DNA of 40,283 nucleotides, taken from a virus. Location of the stretch: IMG/VR virus record IMGVR_UViG_3300045988_122766; one strand, given 5' to 3'. The translations under genes were made by a program, and so were the position numbers. Under the pieces are notes generated by a model, which was not told where the DNA came from, did no database searches, and saw only the letters and a list, made by a program, of their open reading frames with translations. Shown piece after piece: positions 15,012 to 25,369 of this stretch. Numbering within the stretch: the stretch's first letter is position 1; every line of letters begins with the position of its first letter.

Positions 15012-16724
15012 ATGAAAACAAGCACTACTGAAAATAAGCAAACTGAAATTAAAGATGTAAAAAGTGTTTACTCTGTCTCATACTTAGAACAGGTGAGAGC
15101 TGAACACGACAAAGTTTTTAATTACATTAAACCCGAGTTACAGGATTTATCAGAATACTTTATTCCTCGTGGTGCTAGATTTTACGCAGATGAAAAAAAC
15201 AAAAAGCGTAAAAAAATAAACAAGATTAAAGACAGCACACCTTTACGCGCTGTTAGAAATTATTCATCTGGTTTAATGACTTCGGCAAGTTCGCCTGCGT
15301 CAAGTTGGTTTACAGCTAAAGTAAAAAACTATACATCTAAAAATCACGACGTAGAAAGCTGGTGCGCATACGTTACAGAGTTGTTGAACTTAATTCTTTC
15401 AAGCTCTAACTTCTATCAAACGATACCGCTTTGTTACAGACATTTAGGCGTTTATGGTTTCGGTGCAATTTATGGCGAAAGTCATTACGACAATGTGGCT
15501 AACTTCAAGCTAATTCCAATGGGAAGTTATCGCTACTCTAGAAATGCACAAGGTGAGATTGATACGTTTATCCGAGTTTACAAAGAGTCTGTTAGAAACA
15601 TTGTAGACCAATTCGGTATAGATAATGTTTCAGACCAAGTTAAAAATGATTTCAACAATAAACGCTTTAATGAGCAATATGAAATTTGTCACTTCGTAGC
15701 GCCAAACAAAGAATATATGCCAAAAGCCGTTTGGGCTAAAAATAAGAAGTTTGTTTCAATCTACTATGAAATTGGAACAACCGCAAATAAAAACAACAAG
15801 CTATTAAGCAAGAGTGGTTACAACCGTTTTCCTTATTTTGTGTATGAAAGTGAGTGCACAGGCACAGACACTTATCCGTCGATTTCATCTGGAATTGAAG
15901 CATTACCAGATACACGCCAACTAATGGAAATGATTGAAGATGAAGCAAAGGGCATAAAGAAAATTTACTCACCTGCTTACAAAGGTCCAGCTAACTTAAA
16001 ATCGAAATTGACAGATAAAGCTGGTGCTTATGTTGCAATTCCAGATAACGCAAAAGAAACAATTCAGCCAATTAGCCAAACTCCTGCGCAGTTTATGAGT
16101 ATTCACGACTTAATCGAAATTAAGAAAACTGATGTTGAAAATGCGTTCTTTAATGATTTATTTGCAATTATCTTGAATACACAAAAAGGTGATAGAACAG
16201 CTTTTGAAGTAAACGAACTAAAAGAAGAAAAGTTATCTTTGTTAGCCCCATTGCTTAACCAAGTTTACAACGGACATAAACGATTAATGGAATGGTTATT
16301 TGAACTAGCTTGTGAAGTTGGATTAGTTCCAGAACCACCAGAAGAAATTTTAGACAAAGAATTGGATATTGAATTTTGCTCTACATTAACTCGTGCACGT
16401 TTAGCAAGCAAAATTTCGGGCTTTGAAAGATTTGCTACATTCGCATTAAACCTTGCAACACGAGTTGACCCAGCCTACATTCATAAGGTTAAATGGCTTG
16501 AAGGTATGGACAAATATTCAGAATGGGGTAATATTGACAGTTCATTATTAAATTCAAACGAAGAAGTTGAAAACATAATGAAAGCTCAACAGCAACAACA
16601 ACAGCAACAAGCGCAAGAAGCACAACTAATGCAAGCAATGAAAGACGGTTCAGAAATCGTTAAAAATATTGGCGGACAAGACAGCTCTGGCGCTGACCTA
16701 TTACAAAGGTTTGGTGTTGGCTAA
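15012..16724 (+). CDS. Portal (head-tail connector) protein, putative
   Basis: 570 aa, immediately after the terminase genes, with a poly-Q C-terminal tail. Size and position fit a podovirus portal. Confidence 0.55.
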   Translation: MKTSTTENKQTEIKDVKSVYSVSYLEQVRAEHDKVFNYIKPELQDLSEYFIPRGARFYADEKNKKRKKINKIKDSTPLRAVRNYSSGLMTSASSPASSWFTAKVKNYTSKNHDVESWCAYVTELLNLILSSSNFYQTIPLCYRHLGVYGFGAIYGESHYDNVANFKLIPMGSYRYSRNAQGEIDTFIRVYKESVRNIVDQFGIDNVSDQVKNDFNNKRFNEQYEICHFVAPNKEYMPKAVWAKNKKFVSIYYEIGTTANKNNKLLSKSGYNRFPYFVYESECTGTDTYPSISSGIEALPDTRQLMEMIEDEAKGIKKIYSPAYKGPANLKSKLTDKAGAYVAIPDNAKETIQPISQTPAQFMSIHDLIEIKKTDVENAFFNDLFAIILNTQKGDRTAFEVNELKEEKLSLLAPLLNQVYNGHKRLMEWLFELACEVGLVPEPPEEILDKELDIEFCSTLTRARLASKISGFERFATFALNLATRVDPAYIHKVKWLEGMDKYSEWGNIDSSLLNSNEEVENIMKAQQQQQQQQAQEAQLMQAMKDGSEIVKNIGGQDSSGADLLQRFGVG

Positions 16725-17002
16725 TGCTTTTAGAAGAAAAAGAATTCAAGAAAGCCTTTAAATCTGTTATTGCGACTAAAGAAGGGCAACAGCTTTTAAG
16801 TCACTACATTTCATATTGTGGTTGTGATGATTATTTAAGACTATCAAACAATCAGCGCGAAGATGATTTTGACGCTGGAAAAAAGTTTATAGGCGGAAAT
16901 ATATTAGAAAATTTTAAGCGCTACAACCTAAAAGGCTACTGCGCTGTGCTTGAAAAAGAACAAGAAAAACTAGCTGAAAATGAAAGGAACGACGAAGAAT
17001 GA
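16724..17002 (+). CDS. Hypothetical protein
   Basis: 92-aa ORF with overlapping start and stop between the portal and scaffold genes. Confidence 0.4.
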   Translation: MLLEEKEFKKAFKSVIATKEGQQLLSHYISYCGCDDYLRLSNNQREDDFDAGKKFIGGNILENFKRYNLKGYCAVLEKEQEKLAENERNDEE

Positions 17003-17649
17003 CAACAGAAGAAATTACAGCAGGTCAAGAAGGACAACAAGAAGAAATTACAAACGGCTTAAACGGCGCTAAAGCTGATGAAGGTGCTGACGGTGAACAA
17101 GAAGGACAACAAGGCGCTAGTGCTGATGAGGGTCAAGAAGAAGAAAATGACTTAATTGGTAAACCAGAAGCATACACAACAGATGATATCGAACTTCCAG
17201 AAGGTGTTGAATTAGACCAAGATTTAATGAAGTCTTTCACTGAAAAAGCTGAAAAGTTAAACCTATCACAAAAAGGTTACAACGAATTTATTAAATACGG
17301 TATTGATATTTTGCAAAAAAGTCAATCTCAAATGCAAGAAGCATTTAAGCAACAAGAAGTAGCTAAAATTAATGGCTACAAACGCGCAGCTTTAGCTGAC
17401 AAAGAAATCGGCGGAAGTGTAGCGAATATTGATAAGGCTTGCAAAGAAGCAATCTTAGCATACGACAGATTTGCCTCTGATGAACTTAAGCAAGTCTTAG
17501 GTGATACAGGCTTAGAATATCACCCAGCTGTTATTAAGTTGTTTAGAAATATTTCATCACAAATGCAAGATGATACATTCAAAGGTAACAGCGATAACAA
17601 AGCTGAATTGAAGGGTGACGTTGCAGCTCGTATGTACCCTAATATGTAA
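16999..17649 (+). CDS. Scaffolding protein, putative
   Basis: 216 aa. Highly acidic, QEGQQ-repeat N-terminus. Lies between the portal and capsid genes. Confidence 0.5.
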   Translation: MTTEEITAGQEGQQEEITNGLNGAKADEGADGEQEGQQGASADEGQEEENDLIGKPEAYTTDDIELPEGVELDQDLMKSFTEKAEKLNLSQKGYNEFIKYGIDILQKSQSQMQEAFKQQEVAKINGYKRAALADKEIGGSVANIDKACKEAILAYDRFASDELKQVLGDTGLEYHPAVIKLFRNISSQMQDDTFKGNSDNKAELKGDVAARMYPNM

Positions 17650-17675
17650 ACAAAGTAAGTAAAAGTATATAGCAA

Positions 17676-17702
17676 TTGCGCCTCATAAGAGGCGCTTTTT
17701 AT
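17676..17702 (+). terminator. Rho-independent terminator (partial, upstream of the capsid gene)
   Basis: GCGCCTC-ATAA-GAGGCGC followed by TTTTTAT. Confidence 0.75.
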
Positions 17703-17733
17703 TGCAAAAAAAACAAGGAAAGGAAACTGAAAC

Positions 17734-18729
17734 ATGAGTTTAATTGGAACAGATTATGTGAATTTAGTTGATTCAATGAAGGAACAAACTGACAAAGACC
17801 TTATTGAATTATTAGCTGAAACAAACGACATTATTAAGGACGCACACTATCAACCTTGTAATGCAGCTAAAGGCGGTACTACAAACCACAATGTTACTGT
17901 TAGAAATGGTTTACCAAAAGCAACTTGGGTTAAATACTATGAAGGGGTAAAACCTTCTAAAGGTACTACAACCGTTGTAACTGTTTCAACAGGTATGTTG
18001 AAAGCGTACAGCGAAATTGATGAGGATTTAGTATTAGACAATCCTAACCCTGCCAAATTCAGACTTAACCAAGCTAAGGCTCACTTGGAAGCAATGAATC
18101 AAGAAATGCAAACTCAAATTTTCTACGGACAAAAAAAACAGGGCGATCAATTCGACGGTATTGCTAATTTGTACTCTAGCATTTCTGATGATAAGTCAAA
18201 AATTGGTTACAACGTAATCGACGCTGGCGGTACAACAGGTAACTTGACATCAATCTACTTAGTATGTTGGCGTGATACAGGTGTAAGTTTGATTTACCCA
18301 GAAAACGGCAAAGCTGGCTTAGAACACGTTGACAACGGAGTTATTAAAGCAGAAGCGCCAAACGGTGGTAAATTTAATGTTTACTCTGACGATTACAAAT
18401 GGAAACTTGGTGTTGCTGTTGAAGATTGGAGATGTTCTGGACGTATTTGCAACATTCCTGTTGACGAAGACGCGCGCAAAGATTTAGGCATTGACCTTGC
18501 TAAATTAATGCGTCACTTAGTTCGCCGAGTTAAAAAACACGCTAAAGGCGGTAAGTTATTCTTCTATATGAATTCGGATATTATCGACGCATTTGAAGAC
18601 CAAATTCTAGATAAGAACAATATCCAATTTACAATGGGTGAATACTTAGGCGAAGAAGTAGAAATGTTTAAGAAAATCCCATTAAGAGAAATTGACCAGA
18701 TTTCATTGGAAGAAAAGAAAGTAGCTTAA
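17734..18729 (+). CDS. Major capsid protein, putative
   Basis: 331 aa, after the scaffold gene, with the strong ribosome-binding site GGAAAGGAAA. Confidence 0.55.
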   Translation: MSLIGTDYVNLVDSMKEQTDKDLIELLAETNDIIKDAHYQPCNAAKGGTTNHNVTVRNGLPKATWVKYYEGVKPSKGTTTVVTVSTGMLKAYSEIDEDLVLDNPNPAKFRLNQAKAHLEAMNQEMQTQIFYGQKKQGDQFDGIANLYSSISDDKSKIGYNVIDAGGTTGNLTSIYLVCWRDTGVSLIYPENGKAGLEHVDNGVIKAEAPNGGKFNVYSDDYKWKLGVAVEDWRCSGRICNIPVDEDARKDLGIDLAKLMRHLVRRVKKHAKGGKLFFYMNSDIIDAFEDQILDKNNIQFTMGEYLGEEVEMFKKIPLREIDQISLEEKKVA

Positions 18730-18829
18730 TTCCTTCTTATAGCAAACCTAAACAGACTAGGGGATAGTCGAAATAAAGCGGTAGTGTCTGTTACTCCGCT
18801 TTTCTAAAACAAAGAAAGGAAATACCAAA

Positions 18830-19231
18830 ATGTTATTTGATGAACAATCAATCTTATCGGATAATCAACCAATTACAGCAAACGCTGTATCAACTAACAC
18901 TCTTTACGTAGGCAAAAATGACGCGTCAAGAGAAGATGTACCTTTTAAGGGTGTAGTTACAGAAGCATTTAACAACTTGACTAAATTACAAGTTTTGCTT
19001 GAAACTTGCGCAAATGGTACTTTTGCAACTGACAGCACTACAACAATTTACGATAGAATTTTTGAACTTGCAGAGTTGAAACAAGGTGCAGATATCGCCC
19101 CTCGTTACGTACCTAAAGGATTTAAAGATTACGTTAGAGCTAAATACGTTATCACGGGTACAGCGCCTACAACAGGTAAAGTTAAAATGGGTGTTGTTGA
19201 TTGTCACGACGACGATTGGGCTGATGTATAA
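18830..19231 (+). CDS. Hypothetical head-associated protein
   Basis: 133-aa ORF after the capsid gene, followed by a hairpin. Confidence 0.4.
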   Translation: MLFDEQSILSDNQPITANAVSTNTLYVGKNDASREDVPFKGVVTEAFNNLTKLQVLLETCANGTFATDSTTTIYDRIFELAELKQGADIAPRYVPKGFKDYVRAKYVITGTAPTTGKVKMGVVDCHDDDWADV

Positions 19232-19252
19232 AACATCTAACTATCATAATAA

Positions 19253-19285
19253 AAACGGTGGGCTTTTGCTCACCGTTTGCTTATC
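19253..19285 (+). terminator. Terminator-like hairpin
   Basis: AAACGGTGGGC-TTTT-GCTCACCGTTT with one G.U pair, then a T-rich stretch. Confidence 0.5.
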
Positions 19286-19311
19286 AAACGATTAACAAAC
19301 GATAAACAAAA
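19281..19311. repeat. Phased 11-bp repeat cluster (CTTATC / GATTAAC / GATAAAC)
   Basis: TTATCAAACGATTAACAAACGATAAACAAAA. The CGAT units at 19289 and 19300 are 11 bp apart. Confidence 0.8.
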
Positions 19312-19350
19312 TTACATTAATGCTCATTAAGTGATTATTAATGTAATTTT
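19308..19350. promoter_or_regulatory. 13-14-bp perfect inverted repeat AAATTACATTAAT-N15-ATTAATGTAATTT
   Basis: Seen directly. It lies immediately upstream of the tail tubular A ribosome-binding site. A long stem-loop at the RNA level. Confidence 0.8.
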
Positions 19351-19363
19351 AAAGGAAAAACAA

Positions 19364-19948
19364 ATGAGATATACAAAGCAAAAAATATTCAACCTTACAT
19401 TAAAAAATCTAAAAATTACAATGGTTGCAAATGAAGGTGATAAAAATTGGGAAGTTTTGGAAGAATATTATCAACCAGCTTTTCAACAAGTTATTGAGGC
19501 TACTGAGTGGGTTTTTGCAGACCAATTCAGAAAACTTTTAAAATTAAAAGAAGCGCCTTTAGATATGAATTATCTTTTTGCATACGATTTGCCTAATGAC
19601 TGTGCAAGCCCTAGAGAAATTGTAAAGCTGAAAACAGAAAAAATTGAAAATTTTAAAATTGCAACTGTAAATAAAAAAATGCAATTATGGTGTAATCGTG
19701 ACAATGCGGTTTTGAGATACACTAGAAATGATGTAACTGAAGATGAAATTACTAGTAATTTTGCGATTGCGTTATCGTGGTATCTTGCTTTTCTATCAGC
19801 GCCGTCTATTGCTGGCTCAAGAGCTACACAATCAGACTGTCTACAAGTTTACACACAATTAATTGATTCTGCTCAAGTTGTTAACGCAAACTTTGATAAC
19901 AACGACGAAGAACAATACAACAATTGGCTAGAGGCGCGCAATGGCTAG
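19364..19948 (+). CDS. Tail tubular protein A (gp11-like adaptor), putative
   Basis: Start placed at the internal ATG (MRYTKQ), with AAAGGAAAAACAAATG. About 194 aa, against 196 aa for T7 gp11. It lies immediately upstream of, and overlaps, the tubular B-like gene. Confidence 0.45.
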   Translation: MRYTKQKIFNLTLKNLKITMVANEGDKNWEVLEEYYQPAFQQVIEATEWVFADQFRKLLKLKEAPLDMNYLFAYDLPNDCASPREIVKLKTEKIENFKIATVNKKMQLWCNRDNAVLRYTRNDVTEDEITSNFAIALSWYLAFLSAPSIAGSRATQSDCLQVYTQLIDSAQVVNANFDNNDEEQYNNWLEARNG

Positions 19949-22028
19949 AGTTGTACAAAAATCATTCAATGGTGGTGAAATCACACCAGCTATTCACGCA
20001 CGCAACAATTTGCAAAAATATGAAAGTTCTTTAGCACGCCTTAAAAACGGTTTTGTTCATATTGAGGGCTGTGTATCAAACAGGCAAGGTACAGAATTTG
20101 TCACAGTTGGCAAATATCCTCAAAAGAAAATTAGACTTATTCCGTTTAAGTTCAACAATGAACAAACTTATATGATTGAAGCAGGTGACAAATATTTTAG
20201 ATTTATTCAAAACGGCGGTGTTGTTGTTTATCCCGATAATTTTGAAGAAGAAGAAAAACGAGGTCTGCCTGTTGAGGTTGAAACTCCATACAGTGAAGAT
20301 GATTTAGATAAATTACAATGGGCGCAAAATGCTGATGTAATGACATTGTGCTGTTATCCGCAAAAGGAAGTTTATGAGTTATCTAGATTGTCTCACTATG
20401 ATTGGGCTTTGACTCAATTGGTTATAACTCCAGAGATTTCTGCGCCTACGAACTTAGCCGTAAGTTGGCACGGTTCGTTAGATTCACCACGTGATTATTC
20501 ATACTGTGTAACAGCTGTTAAAAAGGATAGCTATGAAGAAAGTATACGTAGCGAAGTCGTTACTGTTCGGGGTGAAATTGAAGCTAAATGGGGTGTTGAA
20601 GAATATTTTACGCTTAATTGGGCAGCTGTCGAGGACGCGGTAGAATACAATATTTATCGCTCTGTCAACGGTGTTTATGGGTTTATTGGCACAAGTGAAA
20701 CTAATTCTTTTAAAGATATCAAATACGAACCCGATTTATCATGTACTGCGCCAATATTTAAAAATCCTTTTGCAAATGGTAATTGTCCAGCAACAACAAC
20801 TTGGTTTCAACAAAGAAGGTTCTTTGGGCGTTTCCCAGACGCGCCCTCTAAGTTTATTGCAACTCAATTAGGTACTAATAAAAACTTTAATATTTCTCGT
20901 CCTCTGATTGCTTCTGACGCAATTACAATTAATTTATCTGATAACGGCGTTAACACGATTAAACATCTTATCGGTATGAAAAAGAATTTAATTATATTTA
21001 CTGATGAAGCGGTTTGGTCTTCTAAGGGTTCTGACGGTACTTATAGCGCGTCACCTTTACCAGAAAATGAAATTGAAGCATATATCGGTTCTTCTGATGT
21101 TAAGCCTGTTGTAACAGGACGTATGATTATATTTGTTCACGCTGGCGGTCAAATGCTATCAGACTTAGGCTATACTTGGGCGTCTGATAGTTACGACACA
21201 ACAAAATTATCTGTTTGGGCACAACATCTGTTTGAAGGTAAAAATGTTGTACAAATGGATTACTCTGAAGAGCCATATCATCAATTATTTGTAATTGAAA
21301 ACGACGGCACTGCTAATTGCTTAGTTTATGATAAAGCTCAAGAAGTTATTGGCTGGGGTCAATACATCACCAAAGGGCAATACGAAGACGCTAAATGTGT
21401 TCGTGAGGGCAAAGAAAATATTGTTTACTTTGTTGTTGAAAGAATAATTAATAATGTAACTAAAAAATTTATAGAACGTCAACCGTCAAGAATTCCTAAA
21501 GATGTTTCGGGTGGTTGTTATTCGGATTGCTCACTTCGTTATTCTGGCAAAGCTACTTCGCACGTTACAGGGCTTGAACATCTTGAAGGTGAAAAGGTTT
21601 CAATAAATGCTGACGGTGGACACTATGAGGGTGTTGTTGTCAATGGCTCAATTGATTTAGAAATTGAAGCGAAAAATATAGTTGTTGGTCTTCCTTATGA
21701 ATTCATACTAAAAACATTAAATATTGAAGCAGAGAACACTCATGGCTTAAAGAAGGTCGTTACTAAATGTGACATAGGAATTTATAAATCAAGAGAAGAT
21801 TTTAAAGTTCTGACAGAAGGTGTACGTCCTTATGAATGCCTACGTTCTAATGAGTCAATTAATAATGATGAACATTTAATCACAGGAATTGTTGAAGCCT
21901 ATCCACACTCTGATTACACTACCAATGCAAGTGTAACAATTATTCAAGACAAAACATTACCTCTGACTATTACGTCGATTGCAACAGTTCTATCAGTACA
22001 GGAAGAACCAACAGATGAACAAGGTTAA
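19941..22028 (+). CDS. Tail tubular protein B (gp12-like nozzle), putative
   Basis: 695 aa. The N-terminus VQKSFNGGEITPAIHARNNLQKYE resembles the T7 gp12 N-terminus (IKNLKGGISQQPDILRYPDQG). Confidence 0.5.
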   Translation: MARVVQKSFNGGEITPAIHARNNLQKYESSLARLKNGFVHIEGCVSNRQGTEFVTVGKYPQKKIRLIPFKFNNEQTYMIEAGDKYFRFIQNGGVVVYPDNFEEEEKRGLPVEVETPYSEDDLDKLQWAQNADVMTLCCYPQKEVYELSRLSHYDWALTQLVITPEISAPTNLAVSWHGSLDSPRDYSYCVTAVKKDSYEESIRSEVVTVRGEIEAKWGVEEYFTLNWAAVEDAVEYNIYRSVNGVYGFIGTSETNSFKDIKYEPDLSCTAPIFKNPFANGNCPATTTWFQQRRFFGRFPDAPSKFIATQLGTNKNFNISRPLIASDAITINLSDNGVNTIKHLIGMKKNLIIFTDEAVWSSKGSDGTYSASPLPENEIEAYIGSSDVKPVVTGRMIIFVHAGGQMLSDLGYTWASDSYDTTKLSVWAQHLFEGKNVVQMDYSEEPYHQLFVIENDGTANCLVYDKAQEVIGWGQYITKGQYEDAKCVREGKENIVYFVVERIINNVTKKFIERQPSRIPKDVSGGCYSDCSLRYSGKATSHVTGLEHLEGEKVSINADGGHYEGVVVNGSIDLEIEAKNIVVGLPYEFILKTLNIEAENTHGLKKVVTKCDIGIYKSREDFKVLTEGVRPYECLRSNESINNDEHLITGIVEAYPHSDYTTNASVTIIQDKTLPLTITSIATVLSVQEEPTDEQG

Positions 22029-22491
22029 TAAAAATGAAAAAGATGTACGCTACATCTTAAACCACTTGCGACAACCTGACAAAATTGAATGTATGGCACT
22101 CAAAGGTGAAAATTGGAAAGAAGAAGTTTTCAACGAAATAATCAATACAGATTTTGAATGTTTAATCGGTGAAGATGATAACATACCCGTTTGTATGGGT
22201 GGTGTATGGTCTACTGATGAAAACAATCCAGATATTGGCTGTATTTGGTTTCTATCTACTGATGAAGTCGTAAAGCATAAAATCAGCTTATTAAAGCATA
22301 TTAAACGTGAATTAAAAAACTATGACAACAAATATTTTATGACTTACAACTACATTCACGACTCAAACCTTGAAGCGCGCAAGTGGCTTGAACCTTTAGG
22401 GTTTGTATTTGGAAATATGAAAGGTATTCCAAAAAGAGAAAATCAAACCTTCTTTTACAGAATTAATCAATCAATGAAAGGACTTAATTAA
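22015..22491 (+). CDS. Hypothetical virion protein (C-terminus ARKWLEPLGF is GNAT-like)
   Basis: Start placed at the internal ATG after an AGGAAG ribosome-binding site. About 158 aa. Confidence 0.35.
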   Translation: MNKVNKNEKDVRYILNHLRQPDKIECMALKGENWKEEVFNEIINTDFECLIGEDDNIPVCMGGVWSTDENNPDIGCIWFLSTDEVVKHKISLLKHIKRELKNYDNKYFMTYNYIHDSNLEARKWLEPLGFVFGNMKGIPKRENQTFFYRINQSMKGLN

Positions 22492-22492
22492 T

Positions 22493-23176
22493 ATGTGTGT
22501 TTTATCTGCAATAAGTATCGGAAGCGCTATCGCTGGAATTGTCGGCACTGCTGTTAGTGTTGTCGGCGGTATGCAACAAGCAAAAGCCCAACAACAGGAA
22601 GCTGAATATCAGGCGCAAGTTGCGCAACAAAACGCTAACATTGCTAACGAAAATGCAGCTCAAGTTAGACAACAGGGGATTGAAGACGCAAGAAATCAAA
22701 GGCTAAAAGCTCTTTCTACAATCGGAACTCAAAAAGCTCAAATGGCAGCTAACGGTATGAATATCGGTGACGGTTCGGCTTTAGATACGATTGAAGATAC
22801 TGCAATGTTAGGCGAAATGGACGCGCTATCTACAATGTACAACGCTGAACAACACGCCTTAAACTACGAACAACAATCAGCTAATTTCCAAAATCAAGCT
22901 AACTTGTCACGTATGGCAGGACAAAACGCTTCATCTGCAAGTCGTATTAATGCTATTGCTGGGGGCTTAAATGGTGCTTCTAAGGTTGGTCTTTCTGTTT
23001 CAAACGCTTGGGGTGGTATGAATAGCGATTGGTTATCTAACACAAAATCAAACATTAAAAACTTCGGTAGCTCGTTAAGGGCTAAAACTTTTAGTGTATT
23101 GCACAAACCTAAATTTAAAGGTAATCAATTGACATCTGCGGAATACACATTAGACGGAATGTACGGATTAGCATAA
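22493..23176 (+). CDS. Internal virion protein, putative (N-terminal TM helix, Q/A-rich)
   Basis: 227 aa. MCVLSAISIGSAIAGIVGTAVSVVGG hydrophobic N-terminus, then a Gln/Ala/Asn-rich region. Position equivalent to the T7 gp13/14-like proteins. Confidence 0.45.
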   Translation: MCVLSAISIGSAIAGIVGTAVSVVGGMQQAKAQQQEAEYQAQVAQQNANIANENAAQVRQQGIEDARNQRLKALSTIGTQKAQMAANGMNIGDGSALDTIEDTAMLGEMDALSTMYNAEQHALNYEQQSANFQNQANLSRMAGQNASSASRINAIAGGLNGASKVGLSVSNAWGGMNSDWLSNTKSNIKNFGSSLRAKTFSVLHKPKFKGNQLTSAEYTLDGMYGLA

Positions 23177-23188
23177 GGAATTAATAAA

Positions 23189-25369
23189 ATGGTACGTATA
23201 GATAAAGCTCAAAGAGAAGTTAATACTCAAGCGATACCACATCAATACGTGGACGGTGGTAATACAAGAGGTGCATTTGGTGAAAATGTTGCGCTTGCAA
23301 CTCAAAAAGCTGGTGAGGATTTAGAAGACATTGGTATTATGCTTGATAAAATTCAAGCACAGAATGAACGTGCAAATGTTGTTAAGCTACAAAATGATGT
23401 TTACCAACAGTGGGAAGAACCTAATCTTTATTCTAAAGACGGTTATTTTAACCAATTTGGTCGTAATGCAGCTGGCAAGTCTGCAGAAGTATTAGCCAAT
23501 TATGACGCTTGGGTTGAACAACGTAAAAAAGAATTAGGTATAAATTCTAAACGTGCAAATGTTGTTTTTGCTGAAATGAACAACAGAAACCGTGAGAGAA
23601 TTTCTAGGGCGATTCTTGCACACGATTTGCAACAAACGCAAGAAACAGAAAAAACAGAACTTAGCCAGCTTTGCAAAAACTATGACACACAGGGTGTTTG
23701 GGATAGAAACAGTGATGAACAGTTTGAATATAATCTATCAGAAAAGATTAAAGCTGTTAAAAATTATGGTGTCGTTGCAAACCTTGATAAAACGCAAATT
23801 AAAGCATTGATAGATAAAAGTAATGACGAATATCTTAATGGTGTACTGACAGCCTTACTTACTGACGGAAATTATCAACGCGCAAGTGTAATTTTAGAAA
23901 ATAATAAAAGTTTATTGACTCCAGATAATTATATTAAATTCACGAAAGAAATTAAAAACTTTTCTGATGAGGATTTTGCAAGACAATTTGCTACTGATTT
24001 AATAAACAAGGGTTATACAGTAGAACAAGCACAAAATCTTATTGATCAAGAAACGAACTTTGAGATGTGGCAAAAGAAAAATAATCTTTATCATAACTTA
24101 TATAATACAAAAAAACACAATGAAGAAACTGTTCAAAATGAGATTTTGACAAACGAATTTAATAACCTATTATCTGGTAAATATGACATTGCTACATATA
24201 CACCGCCAAATAGTTTAGAACCTATAAACCAACAAAAATTAATTAAGATGAAACAAGATTTACTTGAAGGTGGCGGAATTAAAACAGACCCTAGAGTTTA
24301 TACTGGTTTCTCTATGGCTATGCTTACTAACGCAGAAGAGTTTTCAAAAATTAATTTTGACTTATATCAAAATGTACTAGAACCTAAAGATATTTTAAAA
24401 TTCAAACAAGCACAGGAAAGAATTAGACAACATGGTTATAGTTCAGTTACCCCTGATGATGAATTTGTATTGAATGCAGCTAAACAATATGGCTGGTTCA
24501 CAGATAAAAATGCTATGGCAAGTGCAATTGAAGCGTCAATTCAGACAGAAGAAGCTAGATATGGCAAGCAATACAGTAAAGATGATTTAAGACAAAGAGG
24601 TGAAAAATACGCTAGTTACTACGGCTTAAGAGGTAATAAAAACGAACGTAGTGCTCTAGATGTTATTAATGACAATATGTCAAAAGAGTTTATGGTTCGT
24701 GTTCAACAAGGTTTAAAGGCATACGAAAATAAACACGGCATAAATTCAATGACACCTGAACAATTTAGAACTATGGTTAATAGAATTGCGGGCGAAACAA
24801 AAACTAAAGGTGTACAACTTAAGTATGAAACTTTAAGAAAAACCAATATTCAATCTCAAATAAAAGAGTCTCCTAATTTAATTAATTTTAGACATTCTGA
24901 AATTCCAGATATTGAAAAAGCATTAGGTTTTAAACTTAATATCTCATCAACAACAAGAGAGCCTAACGGAAGTTACAAATCAAAACATTCAGAAGGCTTG
25001 GCAATGGATATAGGCTACACATTAGCTAATGGTCGTAAGATGTCAACGCAACAAAAGCTAACACTTGTAGGAAGAACCTTAGCGTCTGATAAAGTTGCTA
25101 AAATTGCAATTTCATCAGCAGACCCCGACGGCAAAATGATTATGCAAGCATACGGCAAAAGATTTGCGTCAAAAATTCAAGATATGAACCAAAAGGACGC
25201 TAACGGTAAAACTCGAGACCAAAATTTAAACACAAATCATACAAATCATTTACACATCTCTTTTAAAACAGGGCAACAAACCCCTCAAATAAAAGAAGGT
25301 ACGATTATTAAAAACAAACAATCAGGCGAAAGAATGATATTGAAAGGTGGAATATGGCAAGCAATTTAA
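23189..25369 (+). CDS. Internal virion protein with C-terminal M15/LAS-family zinc peptidase (cell-wall hydrolase) domain
   Basis: 726 aa. SKHSEGLAMDIG (24980..25015) matches the SxHxxGxAxD motif of VanY/M15 peptidases. HLH follows 80 residues later (25247..25255). Position and size (against 747 aa) resemble T7 gp15. Confidence 0.5.
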   Translation: MVRIDKAQREVNTQAIPHQYVDGGNTRGAFGENVALATQKAGEDLEDIGIMLDKIQAQNERANVVKLQNDVYQQWEEPNLYSKDGYFNQFGRNAAGKSAEVLANYDAWVEQRKKELGINSKRANVVFAEMNNRNRERISRAILAHDLQQTQETEKTELSQLCKNYDTQGVWDRNSDEQFEYNLSEKIKAVKNYGVVANLDKTQIKALIDKSNDEYLNGVLTALLTDGNYQRASVILENNKSLLTPDNYIKFTKEIKNFSDEDFARQFATDLINKGYTVEQAQNLIDQETNFEMWQKKNNLYHNLYNTKKHNEETVQNEILTNEFNNLLSGKYDIATYTPPNSLEPINQQKLIKMKQDLLEGGGIKTDPRVYTGFSMAMLTNAEEFSKINFDLYQNVLEPKDILKFKQAQERIRQHGYSSVTPDDEFVLNAAKQYGWFTDKNAMASAIEASIQTEEARYGKQYSKDDLRQRGEKYASYYGLRGNKNERSALDVINDNMSKEFMVRVQQGLKAYENKHGINSMTPEQFRTMVNRIAGETKTKGVQLKYETLRKTNIQSQIKESPNLINFRHSEIPDIEKALGFKLNISSTTREPNGSYKSKHSEGLAMDIGYTLANGRKMSTQQKLTLVGRTLASDKVAKIAISSADPDGKMIMQAYGKRFASKIQDMNQKDANGKTRDQNLNTNHTNHLHISFKTGQQTPQIKEGTIIKNKQSGERMILKGGIWQAI

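Noticed and set aside
16591-16614. Poly-Q tract (CAA/CAG)8 at the portal C-terminus as a contingency locus
   Set aside because: The triplet repeat stays in frame, so it is more likely a flexible low-complexity tail. Noted only as a possible length polymorphism.
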